A stretch of DNA of 63,878 nucleotides, the filler included, from Phoronis australis (taxonomy: Eukaryota > Animalia > Phoronida), in the NCBI GenBank assembly GCA_002633005.1. It is 6 parts of 6 records of this genome, joined end to end, with 100 filler letters (N's around TTAATTAATTAA, not from the genome) between each part and the next. Parts side by side here need not be neighbours in the genome. Positions count along the whole stretch, not along the records: positions 1 to 18,029 come from NMRA01000173.1; 5 more parts are not named here. The stretch is one strand, 5' to 3'. Positions 1 to 11,472 of this stretch are shown one piece after another (position 1 is the stretch's first letter; each line of letters starts with the position of its first letter). The translations under genes were made by a program, and so were the position numbers. The notes under the pieces were generated by a model, which saw nothing but the letters and a program-made list of their open reading frames with translations, did not search any database and was not told where the DNA came from.

Positions 1-438
1 AGGGATGTAGACCTCTGACACTAGTCAGCCTTTGTTCATGATGAACAATAAGTGGAATGTGTAATGAAAGCTTACTTTTCATTAACACTCTTCAAGGCAG
101 TTTGACTTAGTTGTAATCAAAATAGTCAAATCAAGTAGAAGGTCAATCAATGATGTCAAGGCTAGTGTCTATGGTCACCATAATAGACAGTTGCTTTTGG
201 GGTGTTAAAGAGTTTATGAATGGTCTTGTGGAGATTCTTTTCATGTGTTCCTCAAATGAAAGAAATGTATCTGTAGCAGTTGCTCACTTTGAGCACGAGT
301 TTCTACTTGTGGAAATAATCCACTTACTGCTGCATTTTATTCCTGTGTAGCTCTCAATGTTGAATTCTTAACGGAAGCGCTTAGGGGTTTAAAAGCTTCT
401 ATTTCCTTGAAACTTTGATGAAGGAACACGCAACTCAA

Positions 439-581
439 GTCACAAGCATTGTGTACATGGGAGAACCACAATGAACTGTCACAGGCAGTGTGTACATGGG
501 AGAACCACAATGAACTGTCACAGGCAGTGTGTACATGGGCCAACCACAATCAACTGTCACAGGCAGTGTGTACATGGGCCA
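439..581. repeat. 39-bp minisatellite, about 3.7 copies
   Basis: Unit GTCACAGGCAGTGTGTACATGGGAGAACCACAATGAACT repeated in tandem; explains the repetitive ORFs 337-549 and 471-680. Confidence 0.95.
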
Positions 582-664
582 GCGTTAGATTTTTCCTTCC
601 GCCTTGTCAGAGATGAGGTGAGCACTAGCCGGTTTGAGAACATTACAAAATACAAGTATACGTC

Positions 665-737
665 ACTATACTACTACTAGTACTGTAGTAGTACTAGTAC
701 TAGTACTAGTACTACTACTAGTAGACTAGTAGTACTG
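665..737. repeat. (TAG/CTA)-type low-complexity microsatellite, left part
   Basis: Mixed TAG/TAC/CTA triplets directly abutting the TIR at 738. Confidence 0.9.
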
Positions 738-814
738 TAGGGAGGTGACAAACGCTTATCTTATCGCTGATTGGTTCTTACGTAATGGCTGTCACCACTT
801 AAGTAGCCCTGGGC

Positions 815-3800
815 TTGTCTTGTAATTCCCTGCAGTGCGATTGGCGCAGCAAGACGGCACCGTCTTGCGACTTAGTTAGTAATCTAGGGGTAGAGGTCCA
901 TATAATTGAACGATCTGATCTGATCTCCATGAATGGTCATATCATAGATGAGTGGAGCACATACGAGTACTGTCTGTGGACAATTATGACACACAGGATG
1001 GAGGATTTCGGGTTGACCAGTGGGCACAATTCATGGCATTAATATAGCACAGATGCATTAATAATGATACGAAGCTCAAAGCAAGTCACTGGTCCATCCA
1101 CAGCATCACAGATTTAAAATCCAGGACATCATTTTTGAGTTACAACACATATTGTCAGCATACATTAACACGGCACACCTACACTAGGGTGAGCAAACCA
1201 ATATGGCGGAAATTCAGCAAGAGCGAAATTTTGCCATTTTTCATGATTTTCACAAGCTCATATCTATTAGCATACTAAGTGGTGGAAAATGAAAAGTATG
1301 CCACTGAAATATTCAATTTTTCTTCTTTCTATTGATATCCATTACAAAATATTTGGTCACTTATGAGTATTTTTAAAAATTGAAGTAAAGCAAGCACCTC
1401 ACACATTTTTCACTCACGGGTAAATTCTTGTGACTTTCAGTAGGGGTCAAACTTTCAGCTGTTAAATGGCCGTTACTGAACCGATTTTAATGATATTTAT
1501 ATCAAACTGTTTGCTACAAAATTCTGCTTTCAACCCTGAGTGTACACTTTTTATTTTTTCACAAAAATATGAGAATATCTACTTTTTTTAATTTACTGCC
1601 TCGCCACTCCCTCACCTGGAAAAATCCTAAAAGTGTACACTCAATGTCATAATCACTTATCATGTCCTAATCCATTCCTGATCAAATTTTTTTCACTTTA
1701 TCTCACCATTTCCATTTAGGAACACTTCTAAAAAGGTAACTTCAGTCATTTTTCAAGAACCATGTTGACCTTTGCAGGGTTCAAACTAAACTCGAACCTG
1801 ATTGGTCAAATGTATTCAACAGAACCAGTCAAAACTTCTCTAAATTACAAAAAGTGGCCCAAACCTGGTAAAATATTTTCATTAAAATACTATAGAATAC
1901 TTTTAAAATTTAATTTACTTCAATTTTGGGGATAGAGTCATTTTTTTCTATTTTCTTCAAAAATATCTTCTGTTACACTTTTACTACCTCGTGGGGGCAC
2001 TGTGATCAGTTTCATTTTTAAAAAATTACATATTTCACCTAAATAAATGTTCAGTCATCGCTGCAGTGCATCAAAACATTTTAGTATAGAAATATGCTCT
2101 TTTTGGATAGTCACCAACACAACACCTCTCAGTTTCTATATGATTTGATAGGAATGAAATTGATTTAAAATTCGTTGAAATTTTAGGGTCCTATTTAATT
2201 TTGTTTAATTAAAAATGCATATTATCATTTTTTGTCATTTGGAGTGCAACTTAAGATTGTGAAAACATTGATCTTACTTGGGAAAAAGATTAATTTACAT
2301 AACCTCACAGGTTTTTAAATAAATAACGAAATACTCTTAAAAAGACTAGTTTTCTGGTTTTTGTTCATTTTGAATTCATTTGCTATGCAAATTTCATTTT
2401 TTAGAATTATTTCAAAATCTTTTGGCGCAAAAGAAACATGTTCACTAAACCATAGTAATTCTTGAAATGTTTTGTCGTTTTCAAGGTAATAAGTTGCTCT
2501 CTTTTTAAAACATCACTTGTTCAACTTAGCTTCAGGGGCAAAAATGTCCTGTCACAAGTCGAAAAAAAACGATGGTGAATTTTTCAATTTTTGTTGTTCT
2601 TGTTCGAGCAAAATATAATAATTTGTGGTTTGGTGTCTATGCCATGTTGTTCACCTACTTGCAAAGGACTCTCCATCTTGTTTAAAGAACACTGTGAGCT
2701 ATGGATTCCCAAATATAGTTGTCTAAACTTGCCATTTTCTGTGGCCTGAAATTTCTGGGTGCCGTTTGCTGAAAAAAGGCCATTTTTGAGGCTCTAAAAT
2801 TCAAATAACTCGAGAACCACCGAACCGATTTGAAAAATTCAAAAAGTTGTATAAACGGCATGTCTAAAGCTATCATTTAACACTCTTTTCAAGTGTTTCT
2901 GATGAAATTTGTATTTGGGTTTGCTCACCCTACCTACACTCGTCACAATATAGAGCATTAACGAGGGTACGGAGTCAATCCACAGCACTATTATTTTTGA
3001 TATCCATGGGCTCGCTAGGGATTGTCACAGTGAATAATGTACCAGATACATTGTGTGATGTGCATTGTCAATTTGACGCAGGACTGTACACACAGAATGG
3101 CGACGCGCAATATAGGTTAGGGCCATCATTAGTAACAATCCAAGGAAATGCGATGATAATTAAACATGGATTTGAGTTGTAGAGACTAGTAGTGCTGAAA
3201 TATTTGTCCAGGAGTCGGTATCTCATGTGTCCAAGATACCGTTGCACCACAGTGTCCATCAGTATCGCGAGTAAGTATTATGTAGACAGCTGCCTTTTAG
3301 AAGCAGTTAGTTTAACTGTTAACTATGGGGCGTAAAGTTAAGATTTGAAGTCTGTGGCCCTGGAGCATGGTTAATATATATACTATGGAAATTATGGTCA
3401 CAAATATTCTCGAGACATCCATTAAACACATGAAGCACATCCAAATCAATTTGGTCCAATACTTTGTGGTGGTGTTGACATTGGGTGCAGCTGTTATTAG
3501 GGGGTATGCCATAGAGCATGAACAATGTACAGTGAAGGATTTGCATTATGCTGGTCTAGTGGTTCAGTGAATAGTGAGGAGACTGCAAAATCCTAGATCA
3601 CTTCTAATGTAGATTGTAGATCAATTCCTTGCTGATAGTCTCTGCCTTGGTGATTTGTTCCCGAGACGGGCAAATATTGTTCATTACTGCGGTTGCATCT
3701 AAGACAAGGTTGGTAGTCAGGAGGGGGATTCAGTCGACTGTACTGTTGGGAAGTAAGGACCATCTTGAGCTTCTTGAGATATCTTTCACGATGAGGTTGA

Positions 3801-4372
3801 AGTTTCGTGCAGGTGTAAATGAAGTGGTGTCTTGTCTCGTCCTCTTCGCCACAGAGAGGGCATGTTGCGTTAACAGCATATTGGTTGAATACAGCTCTGT
3901 TGGATTGAAGAATGTAAGTACCGGTCAGTAGCCTGGCCTTGATTGCCACTCTCTGTATGTCAAACTGCGAGGCTTGGACAGAAGACCAGACGCAATGAGC
4001 AGAACCAAGGAAGAGTGCGTCAATGTTGATGTACTTCAGTGAGCTATAACCATATGCTTCTGCCTTGGGCTTTTGCTCCCAGTAGCACGTGACTGCTGAC
4101 TTGACAATAGTCTTCCACTGATACTTTCCTGGAGGATTGAATACAGCGTCAAATGCTGAGGGGAGGTCATACAATATGAGCAGTCTTCGCACCTGGCTAA
4201 ACCAGCTGTTTTCCAATAGGTCATGCATTATTATCTGCTGCATAGCAATATTCTGGAGCACCGTATCATTGCGTAGCATAATCCCAAATAACGTCAATAG
4301 CCGTTTGTGTACTACACCGATGATAGGTAATACACCAACCAACAGATAAACAATGCACGTGGGCATTCACAT
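815..4372 (-). mobile_element. 5'-truncated non-LTR retrotransposon (RTE-X/CR1-group-like): ORF2 C-terminus plus a presumed long 3' UTR
   Basis: ORF 3593-4366 contains KARLLTGTYILQSNRAVFNQ...CPLCGEEDETRHHFIYTC, the post-RT CCHC knuckle of LINE ORF2. The 3' boundary near 815 is inferred and uncertain. Confidence 0.7.
1185..2932. mobile_element. Non-autonomous TIR element (hAT/hATw-like), 1.75 kb
   Basis: TIRs TAGGGTGAGCAAACC / GGTTTGCTCACCCTA; flanking direct repeat CCTACAC (7 bp; 9-bp ACCTACACT if the termini are AGGG/CCCT); AT-rich non-coding interior. Confidence 0.9.
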
Positions 4373-4384
4373 TGGTAGGAACTG

Positions 4385-5630
4385 AAGTTCAACAACATCC
4401 ATGTTACAACCAACAAAGAGTGCTATGTACTGTCTATTGATGAATTACCAGGTGGCACTGCACACGACTATGCTGGTCATATATCAGAAAGCATAGGACC
4501 GACTTTGAATCAGTTGTTGCTATCACAGAACTTCATGTCTTGGGATTGGTGGGGAAGCTGTTGTCAGGACCCTGGATGGGAAAGTTTTACCAGTCAGCTG
4601 CAAGTAACATCACTCGTATTGATGCATTTGACCTAGAGGCTGGAGTGATTGAGAAAATGAAAACAGCTGCAGCAAGACCACTTGGCGTCCTGAGCGCTAC
4701 TTGTGACTTCTTCGGTGATGACCTGGGCGTAGATGCATGTTTGAACTGTTTGCAGCAGAACCCCAGTGAGCCTCAGTTGTTTGCAGCTATGATGACCAAG
4801 TGCCTTACTGCCTGTGCAGCTGTGATGACCAAGTGCCTTACTGCCTCTGTAGCTGTGATGACCAAGTGCTTTACTGCCTCTGCAGCTATGATGACCAAGT
4901 GCCTTACTGCCTCTGCAGCTATGATGACCAAGTGCCTTACTGCCTCTGTAGCTGTGTAACAATGTCAGTACAGGTGATACTTTGTGACAAACATCACGGA
5001 ACAGCTGAGGATAGAAACAGAAACAGCACGGTTACATAACATGGACTGCGAAGAAATCATTGGAATGGTGAGTGCTGCTATGTCCAAATCCCCTGGTGTT
5101 ACCATCGGTTATTTGATAGCGAAAATTTGTTGACAAAAGAACAAGGTCACTCAGTTGTTAGACAACACGGAGAGCAAAAGGAAAGATGAAATAGTAAAGT
5201 TAGCAATAAAACTTGCAAGAAAGCAACGAGTGTTTAAGAAAACTGTTGCTACTGAAGTCAAGCTGCAATTGCCAAAACGGTTAGTATTCAAGGTGCAAAA
5301 GAAAATCACAAAAGAACACAAAAATATAGAAAGAACACTTAGAACGCCGAATCTGGACATGGTAAAGGCCTTTACAGAATTGACCAGTGAATCAGTACAG
5401 GCCGTCCAAAACATTCTTTGTTAAAAGGTTGTTGGACAGAAAATTTTCTACGTGTGGTACAACGAAGATTCTCACGTGAAGATCATCCACAATGGCCATA
5501 TCAAGAACCTAAAAATGAAGAAAATGAGATTTTTATGTGATTAGTCATTGGACTGATGAGGAGTCACCAGAGGTGGCAGTGGAGTATGATGTGTCAAATG
5601 GCTGACGACTTCATCACAGGATTTAGTCTT
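4385..5630 (+). pseudogene. hAT-like (hATw-type) transposase remnant
   Basis: Fragments IHVTTNKECYVLSIDELPGGTAHDYAGHISES, LGLVGKLLSGPWMGKFY, HNMDCEEIIGMVSAAMSKSPGVTIGYLIAKIC*QKNKVTQLLD and VGQKIFYVWY resemble invertebrate hAT-type transposases; stops and deletions present. Confidence 0.65.
4783..4956 (+). repeat. 33-bp in-frame tandem repeat (AAMMTKCLTAS x5) inside the transposase remnant
   Basis: Unit GCAGCTATGATGACCAAGTGCCTTACTGCCTCT, about 5 copies. Confidence 0.95.
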
Positions 5631-6271
5631 TTGCTAATGTTGATAACCTTATAGAAGTCAGTGCATCTGCTATAAGTTTTTCTTCTTCGCCATGATGTAT
5701 AACAAGATAAACGTTATTTTTGAAATTTGGTGTCGTTAATAAACTCGTTAGCGGCCATCTTTGTGGCCATGTTTTTAGGAGCCAGTCTTTCTGATTACAG
5801 TTGATGTAGGTAATCAAAATTAATCAAATGATTGATTAAGAACTTAAAATTGTTCATATTTGTGTTTTTTAACATCTTTTGTGTACAAAATGCCTATAAT
5901 TCATTTTTAACAACATTAGTGGCAGCCATTTTAACAAGAACCTTTAATATATTGTAATTTGCATATTTTCTACTTGTAGCCCAAGCATTAAACTTTCATT
6001 TCGTACCACCTTCATCAATATTGGTGAATTATTTACAAAGTTATAATCATTTTACTGTGGAAAAACATTTTTTGGTCTCAGTGTTTTTTCCGTTTCAGTG
6101 GTAAACGAAGGGCAAATTTTGTGGATGGATTTCCGACACATAAATGCCAGTAACTTCACTAATAAATGGTGTAGAGTTGAAAATTGTATTGTTTTAAATG
6201 TCTCAAAAAGGTCTTTAAGTTGATACTAATATTGTATTTTTGTCAATTTAAATTTTTTGTGCACCTCCCTA

Positions 6272-6553
6272 GACTAGTAGTTACTACTAGTAGTACTAGT
6301 AGTAAGTAGTTGGTAGTAGCAGTAGTAGGTAGTACTAGCAGTAGTTGTAGGTAGTAGTAATACTAGTAGTACTACTACTAGTGGTAGTACTAGTAGTAGT
6401 TCTACTACTGCTACTACTAGTAGTAGTTCTACTACTGCTACTACTAGTAGTAGTACTAGTAGTAGTAGTAGTACTACTACTACTAGTAGTAGTACTAGTA
6501 GTAGTACTACTACTGCTACTACTAGTAGTAGCAGTAGCAGAAGCAGTAGTAGT
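6272..6553. repeat. (TAG/CTA)n microsatellite, right part
   Basis: Long run of TAG/CTA/TAC triplets. Confidence 0.95.
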
Positions 6554-7555
6554 GTTCCACGTGATTCAGGATTTGTGATTTAGGTATTAATATTGACCGA
6601 TCTCTGTAGATTACATACAAAGAGTATCCTTATCTGGGCAGCCCTGAATTGGACAATTGAAACAAGTGCTCTCACTTTAAAGTAAAACTTCAAAAGCGTT
6701 GTCACGTTTTAGTAAAATCCAAACGCATCATTTGAAAACTTCTGTGCCAGCATTCCTCAATGGCTCATCATCCTAATATTGTTAAATAGCTGTAGTCTGG
6801 AAAAAAGATGGCATTAGTAGACACTGAAAGTAAATACAGCAAAATTTGGCACCTGAAGTGTCTTTCTTCGGTAACTGGGAAGATGCTTCTATTCATCTTT
6901 TATTGAAAAAGTACTAAAAGCATGACGTATACAATTTTGGGTAAAAGTGGAGTAAACGGGTTCTTCGTCAAAATCATTACCGGGAACCAGTTTCACTAAA
7001 TAATGGACATTGACGTTATTCTGTGAAAACTGGTTCTTGGCAGCTATTTTCAAGAGGGACCTGTTTACTCCACTTTTACCCAATTTTGTATTTGAAAATT
7101 GTTTTTACCAGATAATTTGGAAAAGAATTTGGTTGTAATGTTGATTCCCGGTCTCGTCCGAAATTTAATTAAAATTTTAAAAACAAAGTTTAAATTTACT
7201 GTACTAGACAGAAAAATATGAATTGAAAATTGACAATATTTTCATTTTAATCCATTTTTATCTGTTCATTTTTGGTTAAATCCGACGATGTTCACCAAAT
7301 CCAGGGAAAGAGTGTCCGACTCTTTAGATTTTGGGAAAGAAAATTTGCACTTTGCAGTGAATACACAAGGTACATATTTTAATTTGCACTTTGCAGTGAA
7401 TACACAAGGTACATATTTTAATTTCCCAGTGCTATGTGTATATGTCGTGTTATTGAGTTAATGGAGATTCATAAAAGCAACAGCACATTTTTGTCTCTGC
7501 TAATATTTTTATATTTTGTCTAGATAAGGGTAGTCTTCTTATAGTGGAAAAATCA

Positions 7556-7630
7556 TGGCCCGGCCGACTCTTGAACCTTGGTTTCCAGAGTCGAAGCAAG
7601 GCGTCATAGATAGCTGTGCCACAAAGAGCT
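7556..7630 (-). mobile_element. tRNA-derived SINE head, degenerate (second copy at about 8095-8169)
   Basis: Minus strand has A-box-like TGGCACAGCTA and B-box-like GGTTCAAGAGTC at tRNA-like spacing. Confidence 0.5.
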
Positions 7631-7720
7631 AAAATCTTAGATTTGACATGTAATTTATAAAATGGACTTCTAAATGAGTTGTCCTATTGATAATTTTTGT
7701 GAATTTTCTTTGTCTTGTAG

Positions 7721-7826
7721 GAAGTCAATATACTTCTAAGCCACTGCTGCAAATTGTTCAACGTAAAGCACGAACAGCTGTTAATCAAGTTTTGTCAAGT
7801 CATCAACAATTTATTGGCCCGCCAAC
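7721..7826 (+). other. Truncated duplicate of a HEATR6 exon at a contig end (probably allelic overlap)
   Basis: Identical to 8260-8365 but cut by the n at 7827 before the donor; part of the 7396-7826 / 7935-8365 duplication. Confidence 0.8.
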
Positions 7827-7827
7827 N

Positions 7828-7950
7828 TACACAAGGTAGTGAATACACAAGGTAGTGAATACACAAGGTAGTGAATACACAAGGTAGTGAATACACAAGG
7901 TAGTGAATACACAAGGTAGTGAATACACAAGGTAGTGAATACACAAGGTA
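7828..7950. repeat. 16-bp tandem repeat AGTGAATACACAAGGT, about 7.5 copies
   Basis: Perfect tandem copies; the same word occurs in a 39-bp duplication at 7342-7419. Confidence 0.95.
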
Positions 7951-8259
7951 TTTATTTTAATTTCCCAGTGCTATGCGTACATGTCGTGTTATTGAGTTAA
8001 TGGAGATTCATAAAAGCAACTGCACATTTTTGTCTCTGCTAATATTTTTTTATTTTGTCTAGATAAGGGTAGTCGTCTTATAGTGGAAAAATCATGGCCC
8101 GGCCGACTCTTGAACCTTGGTTTCCAGAGTCAAAGCAAGGCGTCATAGATAGCTGTGCCACAAAGAGCTAAAATCTTAGATTTGACATGTAATTTATAAA
8201 ATGGACTTCTAAATGAGTTGTCCTATTGATAATTTTTGTGAATTTTCTTTGTCTTGTAG

Positions 8260-8367
8260 GAAGTCAATATACTTCTAAGCCACTGCTGCAAATTGTTCAA
8301 CGTAAAGCACGAACAGCTGTTAATCAAGTTTTGTCAAGTCATCAACAATTTATTGGCCCGCCAACAG
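8260..8367 (+). CDS. HEATR6: HEAT repeat-containing protein 6, internal exon (EVNILLSHCCKLFNVKHEQLLIKFCQVINNLLARQQ)
   Basis: ttgtag|...|gtatta, 108 bp, phase 0-0; resembles vertebrate HEATR6 [37 protein letters not shown] as recalled. Confidence 0.85.
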
Positions 8368-8439
8368 GTATTAATTATTGTAGATTTGAAATAGAGATAT
8401 AATGACTGTATATATAATACTGTTTGACATTTCCAACTA

Positions 8440-9883
8440 CCATATTTGCCGTAATAACCGCCCAGGGTGCTTAGAAAAGTTTGTTCGCTTATTATAACCC
8501 AAGGCCGTTGAAACCCGGTCTCAGAAACGGGTTAAATCGGAAGCTAAGATTCATCATATTTACGCTCTGTGATGTGTCTGTAATCTATGAAAGACTTTCT
8601 ACAAAACTGTGGTGCATTGCTATCAAACTTTGCTGCTAAATTACGATCATTTTACCCAAAATTGTGCTGAAATCTCTGGGCGAAAATTTGCCGACTGCCT
8701 GCCTCGCAGTCATCAATATGGCGACTTGAATGCTAGAATAAAAATACAGTTTCGACTCGAGCAAATTACTTGAAATCCTCCTTAAGTTTTCCAAGTAGGG
8801 TCCCTAAGATTTTTAAGTTCCCGTGGAGTTGGGATCACGGCAGGTTTAAGTACAAATCTGTGTTACATCGTGCCATCCACATGTATGATCGGCAACATGT
8901 GAAAAATGTCTGGACGAACACATATGTTGTCATTTTGAAGTTGTCTGTGTTTGTGAGTAAGCGAGCGCGTGCGTGTCACCAGAGTTCATTTGCCAGAGCA
9001 GATACCGTCTTTTGGCCAGAGCCAAGTAATCTAACGAGCTAGATGTGCATTTTATCTAAAGAAATTTGCACAAGCAGTAGGCCTCAACCATAGCATGTTT
9101 CATTCAGCACTTGCCAGTCTCATATGCTAAAAACGTTCGACATTTGTTTCGGTAAGGCCACATTAGCTGTGGTGTGGCTGGATGCGTACGTGACTCTGAC
9201 AGTTATTTGTGGGTGTAAGGGTGTGTAAGCATTCACTGTCAGTCGTCATTTTATCGGATATTTGGCTTAAAAAACCAATTATGCTTAATCAAACAATCCA
9301 TCTCAGAATTAGAAATTGTCGGAAATTAGTGCCAATATTCATTTCTTGCCAATACTATGCTCCCCGTTTCATGAATGGATAGTTCCCGACTAATGTCTTT
9401 GGTGACAGGTTCATGTATGTAGCGCGCGCTTCCTGGCCACGTGCTTTTAACACTCGCCAAGCTTTTTATTAGTCTTCGTTTTGCAGTTTTCACATGTAGG
9501 CCTACAAAGAAATTTGGATTCTTGTTGAAAGCGGGAAATATCTACAAAGCAATCACGTAGACAAGTACACTACTTCTGTTCTGAAAGGCCAGACCATTGG
9601 TCCTCGCAAGATCAGCAGGACTTTTGTGTTCGTTTTGAGGCATGACGGAAGTTTGAAGTGTATAGTCACGGCTAAATACCGACATAGCGGCGAGGCTCGT
9701 GGTCTACAAACTCTGCGCACAATGATTTTTTTCAGGACTGTCGGATATTATTGATAAATTGAAGACGTTACTGTAGAATTTTAGGACCTACACGTTCATG
9801 AACTGGGCGCTTATTTTAGCAAAGTCTGAAAATGCATGGGGGGGCGCTTATAGGGGCATGGGCAGTTATTACGGCGAATACGG
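8440..9883. mobile_element. Tc1/mariner-pogo-type non-autonomous element in a HEATR6 intron
   Basis: About 25-bp imperfect TIRs CCATATTTGCCGTAATAACCGCCCA / TGGGCAGTTATTACGGCGAATACGG; TA on both flanks. Confidence 0.9.
9485..9777 (+). pseudogene. HIRAN-like domain remnant carried by the TIR element
   Basis: YKEIW...NHVDKY...TIG-PRKISRTFVFVLRHDGSLKCIVTAKYRHSGEARGLQ...IIDKLKTLL fits the HIRAN pattern (YxxIW, NxxD, GH.PR.IS, GL); frameshifted. Confidence 0.65.
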
Positions 9884-10226
9884 TAAATATTTTGTTATTT
9901 CTGTCATGAAAAAGATTGAAGTTGTTTGAAAGTGCAGTATATCTCAAATTATACCAGAGTGCCTGACTACAACCTTTACCAAGTTAACAAACTAGCTGCT
10001 CAATGTTAGATTCATAGTCTCAAAAGAGTTTCTGATTAGAATGAGGCCGTCTTGGGTTCCAGCAGCTTGTTCATGTACATGTACCATAATGGCTGGTTTA
10101 TACACCATTATGGGTTGTTAATTGATATGCTAAGCCAATGCTGTTTATACATATATTATCATTATCTAGAATTATCTAAATGTTGCTTACCCGAGCATCC
10201 TCAAATTGATAACTTTCATTATCTAG

Positions 10227-10367
10227 GTTAGGCTTAACGAGGCATCCTTAGATATAGTACTCTCGCACCTTCTGGCATCAGTAAAGACCTGCTCCTCATG
10301 GATGGTCGGGGAAATTCTTCATTCACTGGGCACTGTGCTTTATGAAAACGGTGGAAATGTGACCAAG
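10227..10367 (+). CDS. HEATR6: HEATR6 internal exon (VRLNEASLDIVLSHLLASVKTCSSWMVGEILHSLGTVLYENGGNVTK)
   Basis: atctag|...|gtttgt, 141 bp, phase 0-0; conserved CSSW..EIL..L....Y.NG motif of HEATR6. Confidence 0.9.
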
Positions 10368-10776
10368 GTTTGTAGAAACGTCATTGAAACCATTGGTGCT
10401 AGTCATGCATTAAATAGTGAGTGCTTATTGAATTATGAAGGAGTTATTGTTTTCACCACACGCTTGTTACCACAATGTTTCAGGAAGTTACACATGACGT
10501 GCACATGAAGTGCAATATTAATAATCTTAAGTGGAAAGCAGTGGGGTGTGGCATGACTGAGTTGCTTTATTAACTGCAATACAATAGCCATGGGGTAATG
10601 AGAGAGTGAAATAAGAACTACATGTATCCACCCTTGAGGAAAGGCTCTCATGAGATTTGGTTGATAAGGAAATACAAAATGAGTTATCAGCCTGTTTGTG
10701 GGTAAGCTTTAGTTACCACAATAATGTGTTTGAAGTGCTGGAAATAATAAATGTCATAATTATCTCCTGAATTTAG

Positions 10777-10883
10777 TTTTATGAAGATCTCCTGGGACAG
10801 CATGGAATTCTGATACAGTTGATTGATCTTGATGACGACCATGAGAGGGCAGCACTGAAGTGCATGGAGAACTTGTGTATGAA
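10777..10883 (+). CDS. HEATR6: HEATR6 internal exon (FYEDLLGQHGILIQLIDLDDDHERAALKCMENLCM)
   Basis: atttag|...|gtaaga, 107 bp, phase 0-2; matches LLG..G.L..L.D...RAA..CM.NLC. Confidence 0.9.
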
Positions 10884-11325
10884 GTAAGAAAAATATTTGA
10901 TAGACATTAATAACATTTGTTCTTGGCCAAAATATTAAGTCGACTCACAAATGTCTGAAAAAATCCACCATTCTTGAGTCATGATTTCCCAGTTCTCATG
11001 GCCCATATACACATCATTGTGTGTATCTACACGGCAGGTTTATCTACAAAGATTTCATCACTTGACAAGATGGTGTGGGTTTTAGTTTTGCTGTCTATGG
11101 CATTGTCTATCTTTTATTTATGTGTTAACATTGGAAAGCAGCTTTTGGAAGGTACGGTGTTTTCTCTATTAATTCGTACACTAGTGTACAAATTATTTTT
11201 CCCTTGAGAGCTTCGTAATATGCGAATTGATAGAGACAAAATTGGCCGTACGAACTATTAGAGAAGGGAGTCGAGTGTTCGAATTATTAGAGTTAAAGGT
11301 CGACGGTAACAACAAGTGCAACAAC

Positions 11326-11472
11326 GGCCTCCGAGACGGTGGTTTAGCAATGTGAATTATAACAATTAGTGCAATGATGGCCTCTGAGATGGTGGTTTGG
11401 CAATGTGAATTATAACAACTAGTGCAATGACGGCCTCCGAGACGGTGGTTTGGCAATGTGAATTATAACAAC
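11326..11472. repeat. 53-bp tandem repeat, about 2.8 copies
   Basis: Unit GGCCTCCGAGACGGTGGTTTRGCAATGTGAATTATAACAAYTAGTGCAATGAY. Confidence 0.9.

Larger units (their letters stand above)
738..6271 (+). mobile_element. Decayed hAT-superfamily (hATw-like) DNA transposon inserted in a TAG microsatellite
   Basis: TIRs TAGGGAGGTG-ACAAA (738) and TTTGTGCACCTCCCTA (ends 6271), differing by a 1-bp indel; internal transposase remnant at 4385-5630; TAG repeats on both flanks; TSD not resolvable. Confidence 0.7.

Noticed and set aside
1-430. Possible LINE endonuclease fragment or HEATR6 first exon
   Set aside because: No convincing motif or splice-compatible exon could be identified.
439-581. This and other 28-39-bp arrays (16961-17133, 17352-18029) as CRISPR arrays
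   Set aside because: Units are contiguous with no unique spacers, there are no cas genes, and the context is eukaryotic.
6381-6578. Poly-Val/Leu 'membrane protein' ORF
   Set aside because: Translation of the TAG/CTA microsatellite.
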